From Deltaproteobacteria bacterium RIFOXYD12_FULL_55_16 (GTDB taxonomy: Bacteria; Desulfobacterota; Desulfobulbia; Desulfobulbales; Desulfurivibrionaceae): DNA of 55,093 bases. Location of the stretch: assembly GCA_001799255.1 (NCBI GenBank), contig MGTC01000035.1, forward strand, positions 65,024-120,116, in the 5' to 3' direction. Below are positions 1 to 9,490 of this stretch, piece by piece. Position 1 is the stretch's first letter; every line of letters begins with the position of its first letter. Below the pieces are notes generated by a model. The model ran no database searches. It saw only the letters and a program-made list of their open reading frames with translations, and had not been told where the DNA came from. The position numbers and the translations under genes were made by a program.

Positions 1-842
1 TCCGGCTGGCCCAGACCCAGAGACCGCTCCTTTTCTATCTGCCTATCCACCCTGGGGGAAACCGACCTGGCTCCCTTGAAGGCGATAACGTAACGCATGG
101 AACCGCCATGGGTGGTCTGAGGCTCCACATCGATAATTTCCATGCCGTATTTTTCAAACAGATACCGAACCGAGGTCACCGAAAAAAGGAAGGTGTGCTC
201 GTCATAAATCTGGTCATAGGAGGTCTTTTCCAGCACCTCCCCCAGGTAGGGATCCTCAAACAGCACCACACCCGTGGGTTTGAGCAGGATTTTAATTCCT
301 TCCACAATGGCATGAATATAGGGGATATGACACATGACGTTGGCGGCAAGAAAGGCATCGGCCTGGCCATAATCGGCCACGATGCGCCGGGCCAGCGCCG
401 CCTCAAAAAACCGGGTCACAGTGTTGATTCCCTTATCCATTGCCACCTGAGCCACGTTCCTGGACGGCTCGATCCCCAGATGTCTGATCCTAGCTCCGGC
501 GAAATTCTGCAGCATGATCCCGTCGTTGCTGCCCATCTCCACCACAAAGGGATCAGAACCGGGAAGATAATCGGCCATGACATGCTCGGCAAAGGCCTTG
601 AAATGAAGGGCCATGTAGCGGGAGGTGCCGGAAAAAAAGGCGTAGTTTTCGTGAAACATCCGCTCCCGGTCAGGCTGCTCAAGAAGCTGCACCATGGTGC
701 AGACCGGGCAGAAACCAACCCGCATGGGAAAACGATACTCTTCGGCAAACTCCTGGGGCAGCAGAAAACCGTTACCTAGGGGCATATTGCCGAAATCAAT
801 AAACGGCTCTATTGGGGTTTGACAAATCAGGCATTTTTTCAT
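1..842 (-). CDS. NDP-hexose C3-methyltransferase-like SAM-dependent C-methyltransferase (3' end runs off the window)
   Basis: Manual translation from ATG at 842: MKKCLICQTPIEPFIDFGNMPLGNGFL...CPVCTMVQL...VVEMGSNDGIML...AANVMCHIP...YDQIYDEH...HGGSMR. Has Zn-binding CxxC pairs, the E(I/M)GSNDG SAM motif and YDEH/HGGS motifs. Not in the ORF track. Confidence 0.85.
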   Translation of the reverse strand, partial: MKKCLICQTPIEPFIDFGNMPLGNGFLLPQEFAEEYRFPMRVGFCPVCTMVQLLEQPDRERMFHENYAFFSGTSRYMALHFKAFAEHVMADYLPGSDPFVVEMGSNDGIMLQNFAGARIRHLGIEPSRNVAQVAMDKGINTVTRFFEAALARRIVADYGQADAFLAANVMCHIPYIHAIVEGIKILLKPTGVVLFEDPYLGEVLEKTSYDQIYDEHTFLFSVTSVRYLFEKYGMEIIDVEPQTTHGGSMRYVIAFKGARSVSPRVDRQIEKERSLGLGQP

Positions 843-918
843 AGCAATCTCAATCTGTTATTTTATTTAATCCATACTTCCATTTCATAAAAATGACAAT
901 CTGGTTCTTTCTTCAACG

Positions 919-1065
919 GTCAGCCCTCAGCCCTTTTGCTTTTGTGGACAGGGTGGACGGGGTGGACGGAGTGGACTTACTGAGTCCCGATCACTCAGCC
1001 TTCAGCCTGCTTTACCCTCAGCCTTCAGCCTTCAGCCCTCAGCCTGCTTTACCTTCAGCCTGCTT
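919..1065 (+). repeat. Composite repeat, copy 1: (GTGGACnnn)x4 + TTACTGAGTnCCGATCACTCAG core in TCAGCC(C/T) heptamers
   Basis: Read directly; the heptamers overlap the lhgO 3' end. Confidence 0.85.
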
Positions 1066-2271
1066 TACCCCCAATCCATACTCCTCAACAATCCAGGCGG
1101 CAAAAGGAAAGGCACAGGTAAAAGCCGGACTTACCGCATTAAGAACATGCACTGAGTTTTGATCCGCTTCGACCAGGAAATCCTGAACCAGACTCATCTT
1201 GGCCACGTCCAGCAACTGGGCCCGGATGCCAGGCCTGGTCCAGTGCCGGAACTGTTCCGGCTCCAGATGCCGCACCAGTCGGGCCGCCGAAGCGATCAAA
1301 AAGCTCTGGCGAAACTTTTTCATCTCCTCCAGAGCCAGGGCGCGAAAACCGAAGGAGTCGGCCCAGAAGAGCCGCGCCTCCTGGCCGACAATCTCTACAA
1401 ACTCGTCCAGCCGAAAACCTTCCAGCCCCTGGTAATTTTCCCGCCACAGGGCTGGAATGGCGGTCGGCCCGATCTTGACCAGGCCCTTGCCGGTGAGGGT
1501 GAAGTGAACGCCAAGAAAAGGGTTGCGAAGATTAGGCACCGGATAGACATTGGTTCGCACCGGCGGGATCTGGCCCGAACATTCCAGATAGACCCCCTTG
1601 AAGGGCATGATCCGGTACTGCATCCCCAGGCCGAAGTCCCTGGCGATCCGGTCGGCATAGAGACCGGCGGCGTTGATCAGCCTGCCGAACTCGATCACCA
1701 GGGCGCCGGAGGTCTCCACCGCATGGTCGCCCTTTCTGCTCCGATATCCTTCTTTGAAATAAAAAACCGCGCCTTGCCGCCGGAGCAGATCCCGAAGGCA
1801 GCTACAGACCTGAATCGGATCAACGCTGGCCGTGGTCGGAGAGTGGAGGGCTTTCTGCACGGTTCTGGCATTGGGTTCGATTTCGGCAAGCTCCTGTTCG
1901 TCGACAAGCGTCACCTCCACCCCGTTGCACCGCCCGCGCCGCTCCAGTTCAAACAGCGCCTCCAACTCCTCTTCCCGGGTGGCCACCACCACCTTGCCGC
2001 ATTCGTTCACCAGCAGATTGTTCTCCCGGCAAAAAGTCCGCATGGCCTGGTTCCCCTCCCTGGTAAACCGGGCCTTGAGGGAATCCGCCGTATAATAAAA
2101 ACCGGCATGCAGCACCCCGCTGTTACGCCCGCTGCCATGCCGGGCCACATCCTCTTCCTTGTCGATGAGCACCAGAGAAAGAGCAGGGTTGCGGGCCAGC
2201 AGTTCACGGGCCAGGGCCATGCCCATGATCCCAGCGCCGATGATGAGGATGTCGGTTTTAATGGTCTGCAT
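1039..2271 (-). CDS. lhgO: L-2-hydroxyglutarate oxidase-like FAD-dependent oxidoreductase
   Basis: GAGIMG FAD motif, SGRNSGVLHAGFYY, PFLGVHFT and NAVSPAFT motifs. Confidence 0.85.
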   Translation of the reverse strand: MQTIKTDILIIGAGIMGMALARELLARNPALSLVLIDKEEDVARHGSGRNSGVLHAGFYYTADSLKARFTREGNQAMRTFCRENNLLVNECGKVVVATREEELEALFELERRGRCNGVEVTLVDEQELAEIEPNARTVQKALHSPTTASVDPIQVCSCLRDLLRRQGAVFYFKEGYRSRKGDHAVETSGALVIEFGRLINAAGLYADRIARDFGLGMQYRIMPFKGVYLECSGQIPPVRTNVYPVPNLRNPFLGVHFTLTGKGLVKIGPTAIPALWRENYQGLEGFRLDEFVEIVGQEARLFWADSFGFRALALEEMKKFRQSFLIASAARLVRHLEPEQFRHWTRPGIRAQLLDVAKMSLVQDFLVEADQNSVHVLNAVSPAFTCAFPFAAWIVEEYGLGVKQAEGKAG

Positions 2272-2374
2272 CGTTTTAAACCGTCGATTAAATTTTTCCA
2301 GACAGGATAGCTAACTCAGATATACGGCTTTCAACAGAACAGGGGTTTCGCGGAAAGAAATTTCGGTGCCAAAA

Positions 2375-3463
2375 TTATCGCCCCTTGTAAGATTGAAGCA
2401 ACACATACATTGGCATTAAAATTCTTTTTTGCAGGATAACTCCCAGCAAACGAAGCTTATCCTTCCATGACGGATCCGTCCCGAAATTAAGACAGCGAAA
2501 ACAGGTTGTCGTCACCTCGGGATAAAAATCCTTCTTGAAAAATTTCAAACGTGAATTAACATATTGCTGGCCGAACCAGATATCATGAAAAGACTGGGTA
2601 AGAAGATCACCGAAAGTACTGTTCTTGTCCCACGTCCCGCAACAAGGAAGCACCTTGCCATCAACGGTAACCACAAGATCGGTGAAAAGTTCGGCACATA
2701 TCCCCTTAAAAACTGGATAATGAATCTCATTCTTGTATCGTTCGCAGATGTATTTCTGATTTCTGCCAAGCCAATGCGCCTTCCGCTGTTCCAGAGTTGT
2801 ATCCAGTTCCACATCCACAAGATTATCTGACACGTCCATGAGTTTCAAATCCAGAGTGACCCCAAGATTAATGGCCATAGCCTTGGCCGTGTCGATCTCA
2901 TCTTCGTTAAAACGGTTAACAAGAAACTGCCATATTATCTCCGGCGTTTTACTGTGAACTCGCTTTTTAGCGGCCACCATTTTCTTCATATTATCCAGCA
3001 CAAGTTCAAAATTGCCGTCGACCCGGTAGGTTGCATACGTTTCTTCACAAGTGCCATCGAGGGAGATAATCAAGCGGTTCAGACCGGAGGCGACCAAGTC
3101 ATCGAAAAACTCGTCCGGCTTGGCAAAACTGAAGTTGCTGCTGATAAAAACATAAATATCCTTGGCGCTGGCAAACCGAATCATTCTCTGCAGGTCTGGA
3201 TTAAGAAATGGTTCACCTGCTCGGTAAAGTCCTATAATTTTAACGAATGGTAGCTTTGCAAGAATTGCCTGAAAGGTCTCAAAAGACATGCTCTGCGGCG
3301 CGTAATTCAGCTTGCGCAACCCGGTCGGACATAGAGGGCATCTGAGCTGGCAGACGTTGATCGGCTCAATGTGAAGGGCAATCGGGTACGGCAGCCAATT
3401 AGCCGCCAACTGACTAAAAAAATGTGATTCGTATTTCTTCAAAGCATTGGAAAATTTCAACAT
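2375..3463 (-). CDS. Radical SAM/SPASM-domain protein
   Basis: CQLRCPLC (CxxxCxxC), GEP motif, C-terminal C...DGKVLPCC...G...CFRC; visibly AT-richer than its flanks. Confidence 0.85.
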   Translation of the reverse strand: MLKFSNALKKYESHFFSQLAANWLPYPIALHIEPINVCQLRCPLCPTGLRKLNYAPQSMSFETFQAILAKLPFVKIIGLYRAGEPFLNPDLQRMIRFASAKDIYVFISSNFSFAKPDEFFDDLVASGLNRLIISLDGTCEETYATYRVDGNFELVLDNMKKMVAAKKRVHSKTPEIIWQFLVNRFNEDEIDTAKAMAINLGVTLDLKLMDVSDNLVDVELDTTLEQRKAHWLGRNQKYICERYKNEIHYPVFKGICAELFTDLVVTVDGKVLPCCGTWDKNSTFGDLLTQSFHDIWFGQQYVNSRLKFFKKDFYPEVTTTCFRCLNFGTDPSWKDKLRLLGVILQKRILMPMYVLLQSYKGR

Positions 3464-3514
3464 AAAAAAGAACCTCGCGGATAATTTTTTCTTATTGCAG
3501 AAAATATTTTTCCT

Positions 3515-4855
3515 TTACCAGACCTTCGGGTAGAGCATGGCTCTGGTCAACATCAACCCGGTTCTGAACAGGGGCTTGAACAGGAAACAGGTGCCATGGG
3601 CGGCAAACCAGTAAGAAATCAGGGTCGCGACAACCGCGCCCATCCCGCCGTAGAGAGGGATCAGCAGATAATTGAGGCCGATATTCAACACCCCGCCCAG
3701 GATCAAGGTCACAAAATGAAGCCTGGTCCAGTTCATACTGGTGAGAAAGGAACTCCTGGCTATTTCAAGGCTGGTGAAAAGATTGGCCCAGATGAGCAGG
3801 GCCAGCATGAGGCCGGCCCGCGCATAAACCTCGCCAAAGATGACGCCGACCAACCAGTCGGAAAGAAAGGTCACAGGAACGGCCACCGCGTAGGCAGCCA
3901 GAACGATCAGGTTGTACAGCTTTTGCAGCCGTTCGTAGAACAGCTCCTCATTAACCGCCTTGGCTTCCACTATGGCAGGAAACACAGACCAGTAAATAAC
4001 TCCCGGGATAAAAATCCCGACCTCGGCCAGTCGCACCGCTACGGAATAGACGCCCACCTCGTGGCTGCCGACCATTTGTCCAAGCATGATCTGGTCGATA
4101 CGAAGGTAGACAACAGTGGCGATATTCGAAAGAATCAGGGGCCAGCTGTCGCGCAGCATTTCCCTGGCCCGATCTATTCTCCCCCGCCAGGCCTTTAGCC
4201 GGTTGCCCTTCCTTCTGTAAACGATGACCAGCCCCATGGCGCCCATCGCTATTTCCACCAGGGCAACCCAGGCAAAGGCAACCAGGGGAGCCCCTGTCAG
4301 GATCAAGCCTATCTTGATGCCACAGGAGAGAAGAAAGGCTCCATCCCGGGCGATAACCACATAACGGGCCTGAACCTGGGAGTTAAACCAGAATTCGATG
4401 ACATTAAAGGATTGAAAAATAAAGCCTGCGGCAATGATCCCCACCAGCCAGAGACTGAGGCTGTCTTGGGGGCGGAGCAGAAAAATCGCGGCCATCGCCC
4501 CCAAAAAAGCCAGCAAACCGCCCAACAGTTTCAAATAAAAGGCAGTGCCCAGAGTTTCCTCCCGGCAGACAGGATCGCGGACCATGTTGCGAACAACGAT
4601 ATCGTCCAAGCCAAGGGCGGCAACCGCAGAAAACAGAGCGACAAGGGCCAGAGCGTAGCTGAGCAGCCCGAACTGTTCCGGCCCCAGATAACGGGCCAGC
4701 CAGACCCCAACCACAAGACCGCCCCCCAGGCGCACGAGATTGTCAGCGAACTGCCAACCCGTGTTGGCTACCACGTTCTGCAAATAAGCGCGACCCTCAA
4801 GCTGCACCCTGAAAGGCCGTGGCAGGAATCTGACCCAGGCTTGATTCATCTTCAT
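3515..4855 (-). CDS. Wzx-type polysaccharide flippase
   Basis: Multi-TM protein with ARYLGPEQFG and RIDQIMLG...VGVYSVA motifs; start moved to MKMNQ, next to the upstream stop. Confidence 0.85.
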   Translation of the reverse strand: MKMNQAWVRFLPRPFRVQLEGRAYLQNVVANTGWQFADNLVRLGGGLVVGVWLARYLGPEQFGLLSYALALVALFSAVAALGLDDIVVRNMVRDPVCREETLGTAFYLKLLGGLLAFLGAMAAIFLLRPQDSLSLWLVGIIAAGFIFQSFNVIEFWFNSQVQARYVVIARDGAFLLSCGIKIGLILTGAPLVAFAWVALVEIAMGAMGLVIVYRRKGNRLKAWRGRIDRAREMLRDSWPLILSNIATVVYLRIDQIMLGQMVGSHEVGVYSVAVRLAEVGIFIPGVIYWSVFPAIVEAKAVNEELFYERLQKLYNLIVLAAYAVAVPVTFLSDWLVGVIFGEVYARAGLMLALLIWANLFTSLEIARSSFLTSMNWTRLHFVTLILGGVLNIGLNYLLIPLYGGMGAVVATLISYWFAAHGTCFLFKPLFRTGLMLTRAMLYPKVW

Positions 4856-4856
4856 C

Positions 4857-6542
4857 TTAACCACCCAACTCAGAAGCGATCTTTGCGGCCGCACCACCAG
4901 GATTCTGCTCACAGAATCTCCGCCACATGGCGCGGTATTCCTTTTCCAGCGTGCGGGTGAAGCCCCTGGCCTCGGTCAGCGGCGAGTTGCGCAGCCTGGC
5001 GCGCATGGTTTTCCGCAGTTCCGCAAGCCTAAGCTGATCTGTGGCCAGTTGCACGGCAATCCGGAGATATTCCTCCTCGTCGGCGGCAATCATTTCCCCA
5101 AGGCCCGCCGCCGACAACAGGCTAACGCCAACTCTTCCGGCATGCGCTTCTCCGGCCAGGGCCACGACCGGCACCCCCATCCATAAGGCTTCGCAGGTAG
5201 TGGTGGCGCCATTGTAGGGGAAGGTATCCAGGGCTATGTCCACCTCCCCGTACAGCTCCAGGTGTTCACTAAACGAAGCCGTTCTCTGGGCCAGCGCAAG
5301 CCGATCCCGGGCGAGGCCCTGTTCGGCAAACATTTGCAGGACGCGTTCTTGCAGGTTTTGGTCGATGGCGATCGAGCCCTTGATCAGCAGGCGGGCCGTG
5401 GGCAGCCGGTGCAGAATCTCCGCCCAGACCCGCACCACCTGCGCATTGATCTTGGTCAGGTTGTTGAAAGAGGCAAAGGTAATCCGCCCCGCTTTCCCGG
5501 CTGGCAACGCTGAAACATCAGGACTATTATCCGGAGGGGCATAACAGAGAAAGCAGCCCGGCAAACGCACCAGGGTTTCACTATGCCACTGTTCCGTTTT
5601 TCCTTCCGGGTCGGCCTGCGCATCGGTCAGCCGGTAGTCGATGGCGGTAAGCCCGGTGGTATTCGGATAGCCTATCCAGGTCACCTGAATCGGGGCGGGT
5701 TTTCTGGCCAGCATGGGGAGGCGGTTGTCGCTGAAATGTCCAGCCAGATCGACGAGAATGTCAATCCCATCGGCACGGATTCTGGCGGCCAGCTGGTCAT
5801 CGGGCATCTCCCGACAGGGCAGGAAATGATCGACAGAGTCCATGATCCGCCGGGTAACCGCATCCTGAAAGGTATGGTTGTAATAACAGAAAATTTCAAC
5901 CTGGGCTCGGTCGTGATGGGCAAGAATCGGCTCGATAAAAAAGGCCACGGAGTGCTGGCAGAAATCCGGGGAAAGATAGCCGATCTTCAATCTCCTTTCC
6001 GGATAGCGGGCGTTGGCATGGGCCAGCCACAAGGGCTTCAGGGGCGCCTCGAACCGCGCCGCGAAGCCAAGATGTTCGGCCTTTATTTCTGCGGGTGCAG
6101 CTGAAGGCAGGTAATGGGAGACCAGCAGCTTGTTGCTGTAAGCCTCTGCGTAGTCAGGTTTAAGGGCCAGGGCCTGAGCGAAACTGGCCAGCGCCTCTTC
6201 GATCAGGCCCCGCATGACGAGGATAATGCCCAGGTTGTAATGGGCCTCTGCCAGGGCCGGATCCGCCAGGATAGCTTTTTTGATCAGCGCCAGCCCCTCA
6301 TCCTCCTTGCCCAGCAGTCTGGCGACAACCGCAGAAAGACAATAGGTTTCCGCCTGGCCAGGATCCAGAGAAACTATCCGACGGCAGATATCCTCCGCCA
6401 CCAATAACTGTCCTGCGGCAAAATGTTTCAGGGCCAGCTGATAAGCCTGAGCGAGGGGGAGGTTTTGTGAGGCAGACCGAATGGTTTTTTGGCCAAGGCC
6501 GGTTTTCTTTTTTGCCTGTTTTCTTTTCAGACTGCGTAGCAT
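4857..6542 (-). CDS. TPR-containing O-GlcNAc transferase-like glycosyltransferase (GT41/SPINDLY family)
   Basis: N-terminal TPRs; RLKIGYLSPDF..HSV, DILVDLAGH, APIQVTWIGYPNTTG, DTFPYNGATTTCEALWMGVPV. Confidence 0.9.
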   Translation of the reverse strand: MLRSLKRKQAKKKTGLGQKTIRSASQNLPLAQAYQLALKHFAAGQLLVAEDICRRIVSLDPGQAETYCLSAVVARLLGKEDEGLALIKKAILADPALAEAHYNLGIILVMRGLIEEALASFAQALALKPDYAEAYSNKLLVSHYLPSAAPAEIKAEHLGFAARFEAPLKPLWLAHANARYPERRLKIGYLSPDFCQHSVAFFIEPILAHHDRAQVEIFCYYNHTFQDAVTRRIMDSVDHFLPCREMPDDQLAARIRADGIDILVDLAGHFSDNRLPMLARKPAPIQVTWIGYPNTTGLTAIDYRLTDAQADPEGKTEQWHSETLVRLPGCFLCYAPPDNSPDVSALPAGKAGRITFASFNNLTKINAQVVRVWAEILHRLPTARLLIKGSIAIDQNLQERVLQMFAEQGLARDRLALAQRTASFSEHLELYGEVDIALDTFPYNGATTTCEALWMGVPVVALAGEAHAGRVGVSLLSAAGLGEMIAADEEEYLRIAVQLATDQLRLAELRKTMRARLRNSPLTEARGFTRTLEKEYRAMWRRFCEQNPGGAAAKIASELGG

Positions 6543-6630
6543 GCACGATTCCTTCGACAGGAAAAATTCCCTTGGCAGGGAAGATAGGGTGAGGAAAATC
6601 GGCAGAGATGACCATGCTATGCTGGACCTT

Positions 6631-6816
6631 CACCCACCCCCCATCCCCCTCCCGTCAAGGGAGGGGGGGGCCTATACCGGTCAATCTCAGTTGAGGCCGG
6701 TAAGATTATTACTATTGCTTGGAAAAATCCCCTCTCGAGAGTCAAGTTAATTAACGGATACACTCAAACGATAAGGGGATACCCCTCCCCTCGCGGGAGG
6801 GGGCTGGGGGTGGGGG
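6631..6816. repeat. Inverted pair of REP-like palindromes (CCCCTCCC-N4-6-GGGAGGGG) at 6631-6670 and 6782-6816
   Basis: The two GC-rich hairpins are near reverse complements of each other; a degenerate related copy lies at about 25361-25382. Confidence 0.65.
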
Positions 6817-6828
6817 TAGAGAATTACC

Positions 6829-7170
6829 TCAAAGACACCTCTGCCTGATAATCTCAAGCACCCCAGTCAAGTTCTCAAAAACTTCGTTATTCCAAAATCT
6901 CAAGACGCTAAATCCATTCATGGCAAGACAGGCATCACGTTGTTGATCTCTGCGCTCTGCCTCCGCATGTTGCCCTTCGTCAAGCTCTATAACGATCCGT
7001 TTGTCAAAAGAGACGAAGTCAACGATATACATTTCAATCGGTTGCTGACGACGGAATTTCACGCCTTCAATCTGGCTGTTCCGTAAATGCTGCCAGAGAC
7101 AACGTTCCGCATCAGTAAGATTATTGCGAAGTTTACCTGCTCGGTCATGCAAGGGATGCCGTGATTTCAT
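6829..7170 (-). CDS. DUF559 (Vsr-like) endonuclease-domain protein
   Basis: LRNNLTDAE..LW..LR, KFRRQQPI..YIVDF, IELDEGQH, RD..L...GF.VLRFWNNEV. Confidence 0.9.
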   Translation of the reverse strand: MKSRHPLHDRAGKLRNNLTDAERCLWQHLRNSQIEGVKFRRQQPIEMYIVDFVSFDKRIVIELDEGQHAEAERRDQQRDACLAMNGFSVLRFWNNEVFENLTGVLEIIRQRCL

Positions 7171-7204
7171 AGCCGTTTTTCCCTACGGACATGACTCCGC
7201 TTCA

Positions 7205-9328
7205 TCATTTATCGCAGGGCCGACTCATGAAATCCGCGAGCTGCCGGGCCTGCTGCAAATCAAGCTGCTGCAGGGCTGCGAGTTCCCGCCTGGCCATGGC
7301 GCTGTCTCCTAGGCAGTGCGCCGCCAGAGCAAAGGCCCTGCGGGCATCGGGCCGATTGGCAAGCGCGGGAAGACGAGGGGAGAGCAGAGCCAGGCTTTCC
7401 GGATAGCGCCTTTCCCGGTTCAAGGCCTCAGCAAGCCGGACCAGGGCGTTGCCGTAATCAGGGGAAATCGCCACGGCCCGCTGCAGGGCGACAATGGCAT
7501 CGTTGTTGCGACCAGCCAAAAGAGAGGCCTGCCCCAGGTTGTACCAGGCCCGCTCAAAATCAGGCTCCAGGCGCACCGCCTCGGCAAGGATGGGAATGGC
7601 CTCCTCATATCGACCAGTAAGGGTCAGGGCAAGGCCCAGGTTATTACGGGCCTCGACATTATCAGGCTTCAACGCCACTGCCCGGGAGAGCACGGCAATG
7701 GCTTCCTCCAGCCTGCCCAGCGAGGCCAGCGCCGCCCCAAGGTTGACATAAGGATCCGGGTTGGCCGGGTCAAGCCGCACGGCAGTAGTAAGAACCGCCA
7801 CAGCCTCTTCCATTCTGCCCAGTTTCCCCAGGGAAGCGCCCAGATTGATCTGGGGCCGGGCCTTGTTGGGTGATTTGGCCACCACATCCTGCCACATATT
7901 AAGCTCACTCTGCCAGATGATATTCCGCTTCCAGGTCGCCGAGCCCAGAATCAGGACAACCACCGCCACCCCTGCCAGCAAGACCCTGGCCAAGGTCTGA
8001 TTGCGGATCCTGTGCAACAGCAGAACAAAGGCCACAGCCGCAGCCATGATGGCGCCCACCGAGGGAAGATAGAGCCGGTACTCAAAGATCACATCCACGA
8101 TGGGGATAAGGCTAGATTCAACTGAGAGGGCCAGAAAAAACCAGAGGATGCCGAAGGAGATCAGGCGTAGCTCTATTAAAGGCTGAGAGCTGAGGGCTGA
8201 GTGATCGGAACTCAGTAAGTCGTCCACCCCGTCCACCCCGTCCACACTGTCCACTAAGAGTTGAGGCTTGACAGAACGAACGTACAGATAAACAGCCAAG
8301 GCAACAAGAGAGGCCAGCAAGAGAAAGGAGAGAAAGACCGGCGGGGTGAAAAAGCTGGTGAAAAGGGGATAATCGTAGTCCAGGTTCTGATTGACAGGAA
8401 AAACCAGCAAGCGCAGGTAGGTGACAATCACCCTGAACTCAGTAAAAAGATAGTCCAGCCGCGCCATTTCGCTCTGAACCCTTACCTGACCAACCAGGCC
8501 ATCGGACGAGGCAAGAATACTCAAGGGGACAATGGGCAGGGTCATGAGCAGGGGGAACAGGGAGAGGATTCGCTGTTTCCAGGCCCCCTGGAAAAAAAAC
8601 AGCTCATACAGGGCAATGGCCAGAGGCAGGGTAAAGGCGATCTCCTTGGTCTTCATGGCCAGAATCGCCGAGAGAACCGAACCGGCAAGCAGAAGCACAG
8701 AAACTTTCCCGCCCCCTGCCTTCAGTCTTCCACCTTCAGCCTTCAGCCTCCCCAAAACATACAGCACCAGCGCCAGCAAGGAAAACAGAGCGGCCAGAGA
8801 GGTCAACCGTTGCACGACAAAAGTGACCGCCATGGTCTGCACCGGATGAACCAGAAAAATCAGGGCCGTCAACAGAGCCGTCAGCCAGGACTGCGGAGCC
8901 AGCCTGCTTTCGCGCAGATGCGGGGTGCGAAAGGTAAGAAGCACCACGGCATAGACCAGCAGGGAGTTCGCGAGATGAACAGCCAGATTGAAGAGATGGT
9001 AACCGACAACCTCAAGCCCGCCGAAATGGTAATTAAGGGCAAGAGTCAGATAGCCGATAACGCGACGAGGATTGAAATCGTATCCGGAGCTGTTGGCGTA
9101 AAAATTTTCCAGGCTCCTGATCGTCGGATTCTCAGGGATAGAGTGAATATCACTGAAAAGAAAAGGCCCCCCGAAGGAGTTGGCATAAGCGAGAAAACCG
9201 GCAACAAGAAGCAAAAGGACTGCGGCCAAGGGGGAAGAAAAGAAAAGCGCCAGTGAAGGGAGATACCCTGGCGCATCCTCGCTGCCCCTTGCCGTCTTAT
9301 TTTCTTCGCTGTCCACTATCTCCTCCAT
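7205..9328 (-). CDS. TMTC-like membrane glycosyltransferase (GT-C fold) with C-terminal TPRs
   Basis: About 11 TM segments with YHLFNLAVH, HPVQTMAV, KE, EYRLYLPS and RN..W motifs, then TPR repeats. Confidence 0.8.
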   Translation of the reverse strand: MEEIVDSEENKTARGSEDAPGYLPSLALFFSSPLAAVLLLLVAGFLAYANSFGGPFLFSDIHSIPENPTIRSLENFYANSSGYDFNPRRVIGYLTLALNYHFGGLEVVGYHLFNLAVHLANSLLVYAVVLLTFRTPHLRESRLAPQSWLTALLTALIFLVHPVQTMAVTFVVQRLTSLAALFSLLALVLYVLGRLKAEGGRLKAGGGKVSVLLLAGSVLSAILAMKTKEIAFTLPLAIALYELFFFQGAWKQRILSLFPLLMTLPIVPLSILASSDGLVGQVRVQSEMARLDYLFTEFRVIVTYLRLLVFPVNQNLDYDYPLFTSFFTPPVFLSFLLLASLVALAVYLYVRSVKPQLLVDSVDGVDGVDDLLSSDHSALSSQPLIELRLISFGILWFFLALSVESSLIPIVDVIFEYRLYLPSVGAIMAAAVAFVLLLHRIRNQTLARVLLAGVAVVVLILGSATWKRNIIWQSELNMWQDVVAKSPNKARPQINLGASLGKLGRMEEAVAVLTTAVRLDPANPDPYVNLGAALASLGRLEEAIAVLSRAVALKPDNVEARNNLGLALTLTGRYEEAIPILAEAVRLEPDFERAWYNLGQASLLAGRNNDAIVALQRAVAISPDYGNALVRLAEALNRERRYPESLALLSPRLPALANRPDARRAFALAAHCLGDSAMARRELAALQQLDLQQARQLADFMSRPCDK
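8181..8270 (-). repeat. Composite repeat, copy 2, in frame inside the TMTC-like CDS
   Basis: Encodes LLVDSVDGVDGVDDLLSSDHSALSSQP. Confidence 0.85.
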
Positions 9329-9354
9329 TGTCGATCTTTATCTCAACCTTAAAT

Positions 9355-9488
9355 CTTTTGTGGACGGGGTGGACAGTGTGGACAAGGTGGACTTATTGAA
9401 TTCCGATCACTCAGCACTATGCCTTCAGCCCTCAGCCCTCAGCCTCCTGCCCCTCAGCCCTCAGCCTTCAGCCCTCAGCCTCCTGCCC
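9355..9488 (+). repeat. Composite repeat, copy 3
   Basis: GTGGAC 9-mers, TTATTGAATTCCGATCACTCAG core, TCAGCCC heptamers. Confidence 0.85.
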
Positions 9489-9490
9489 AA

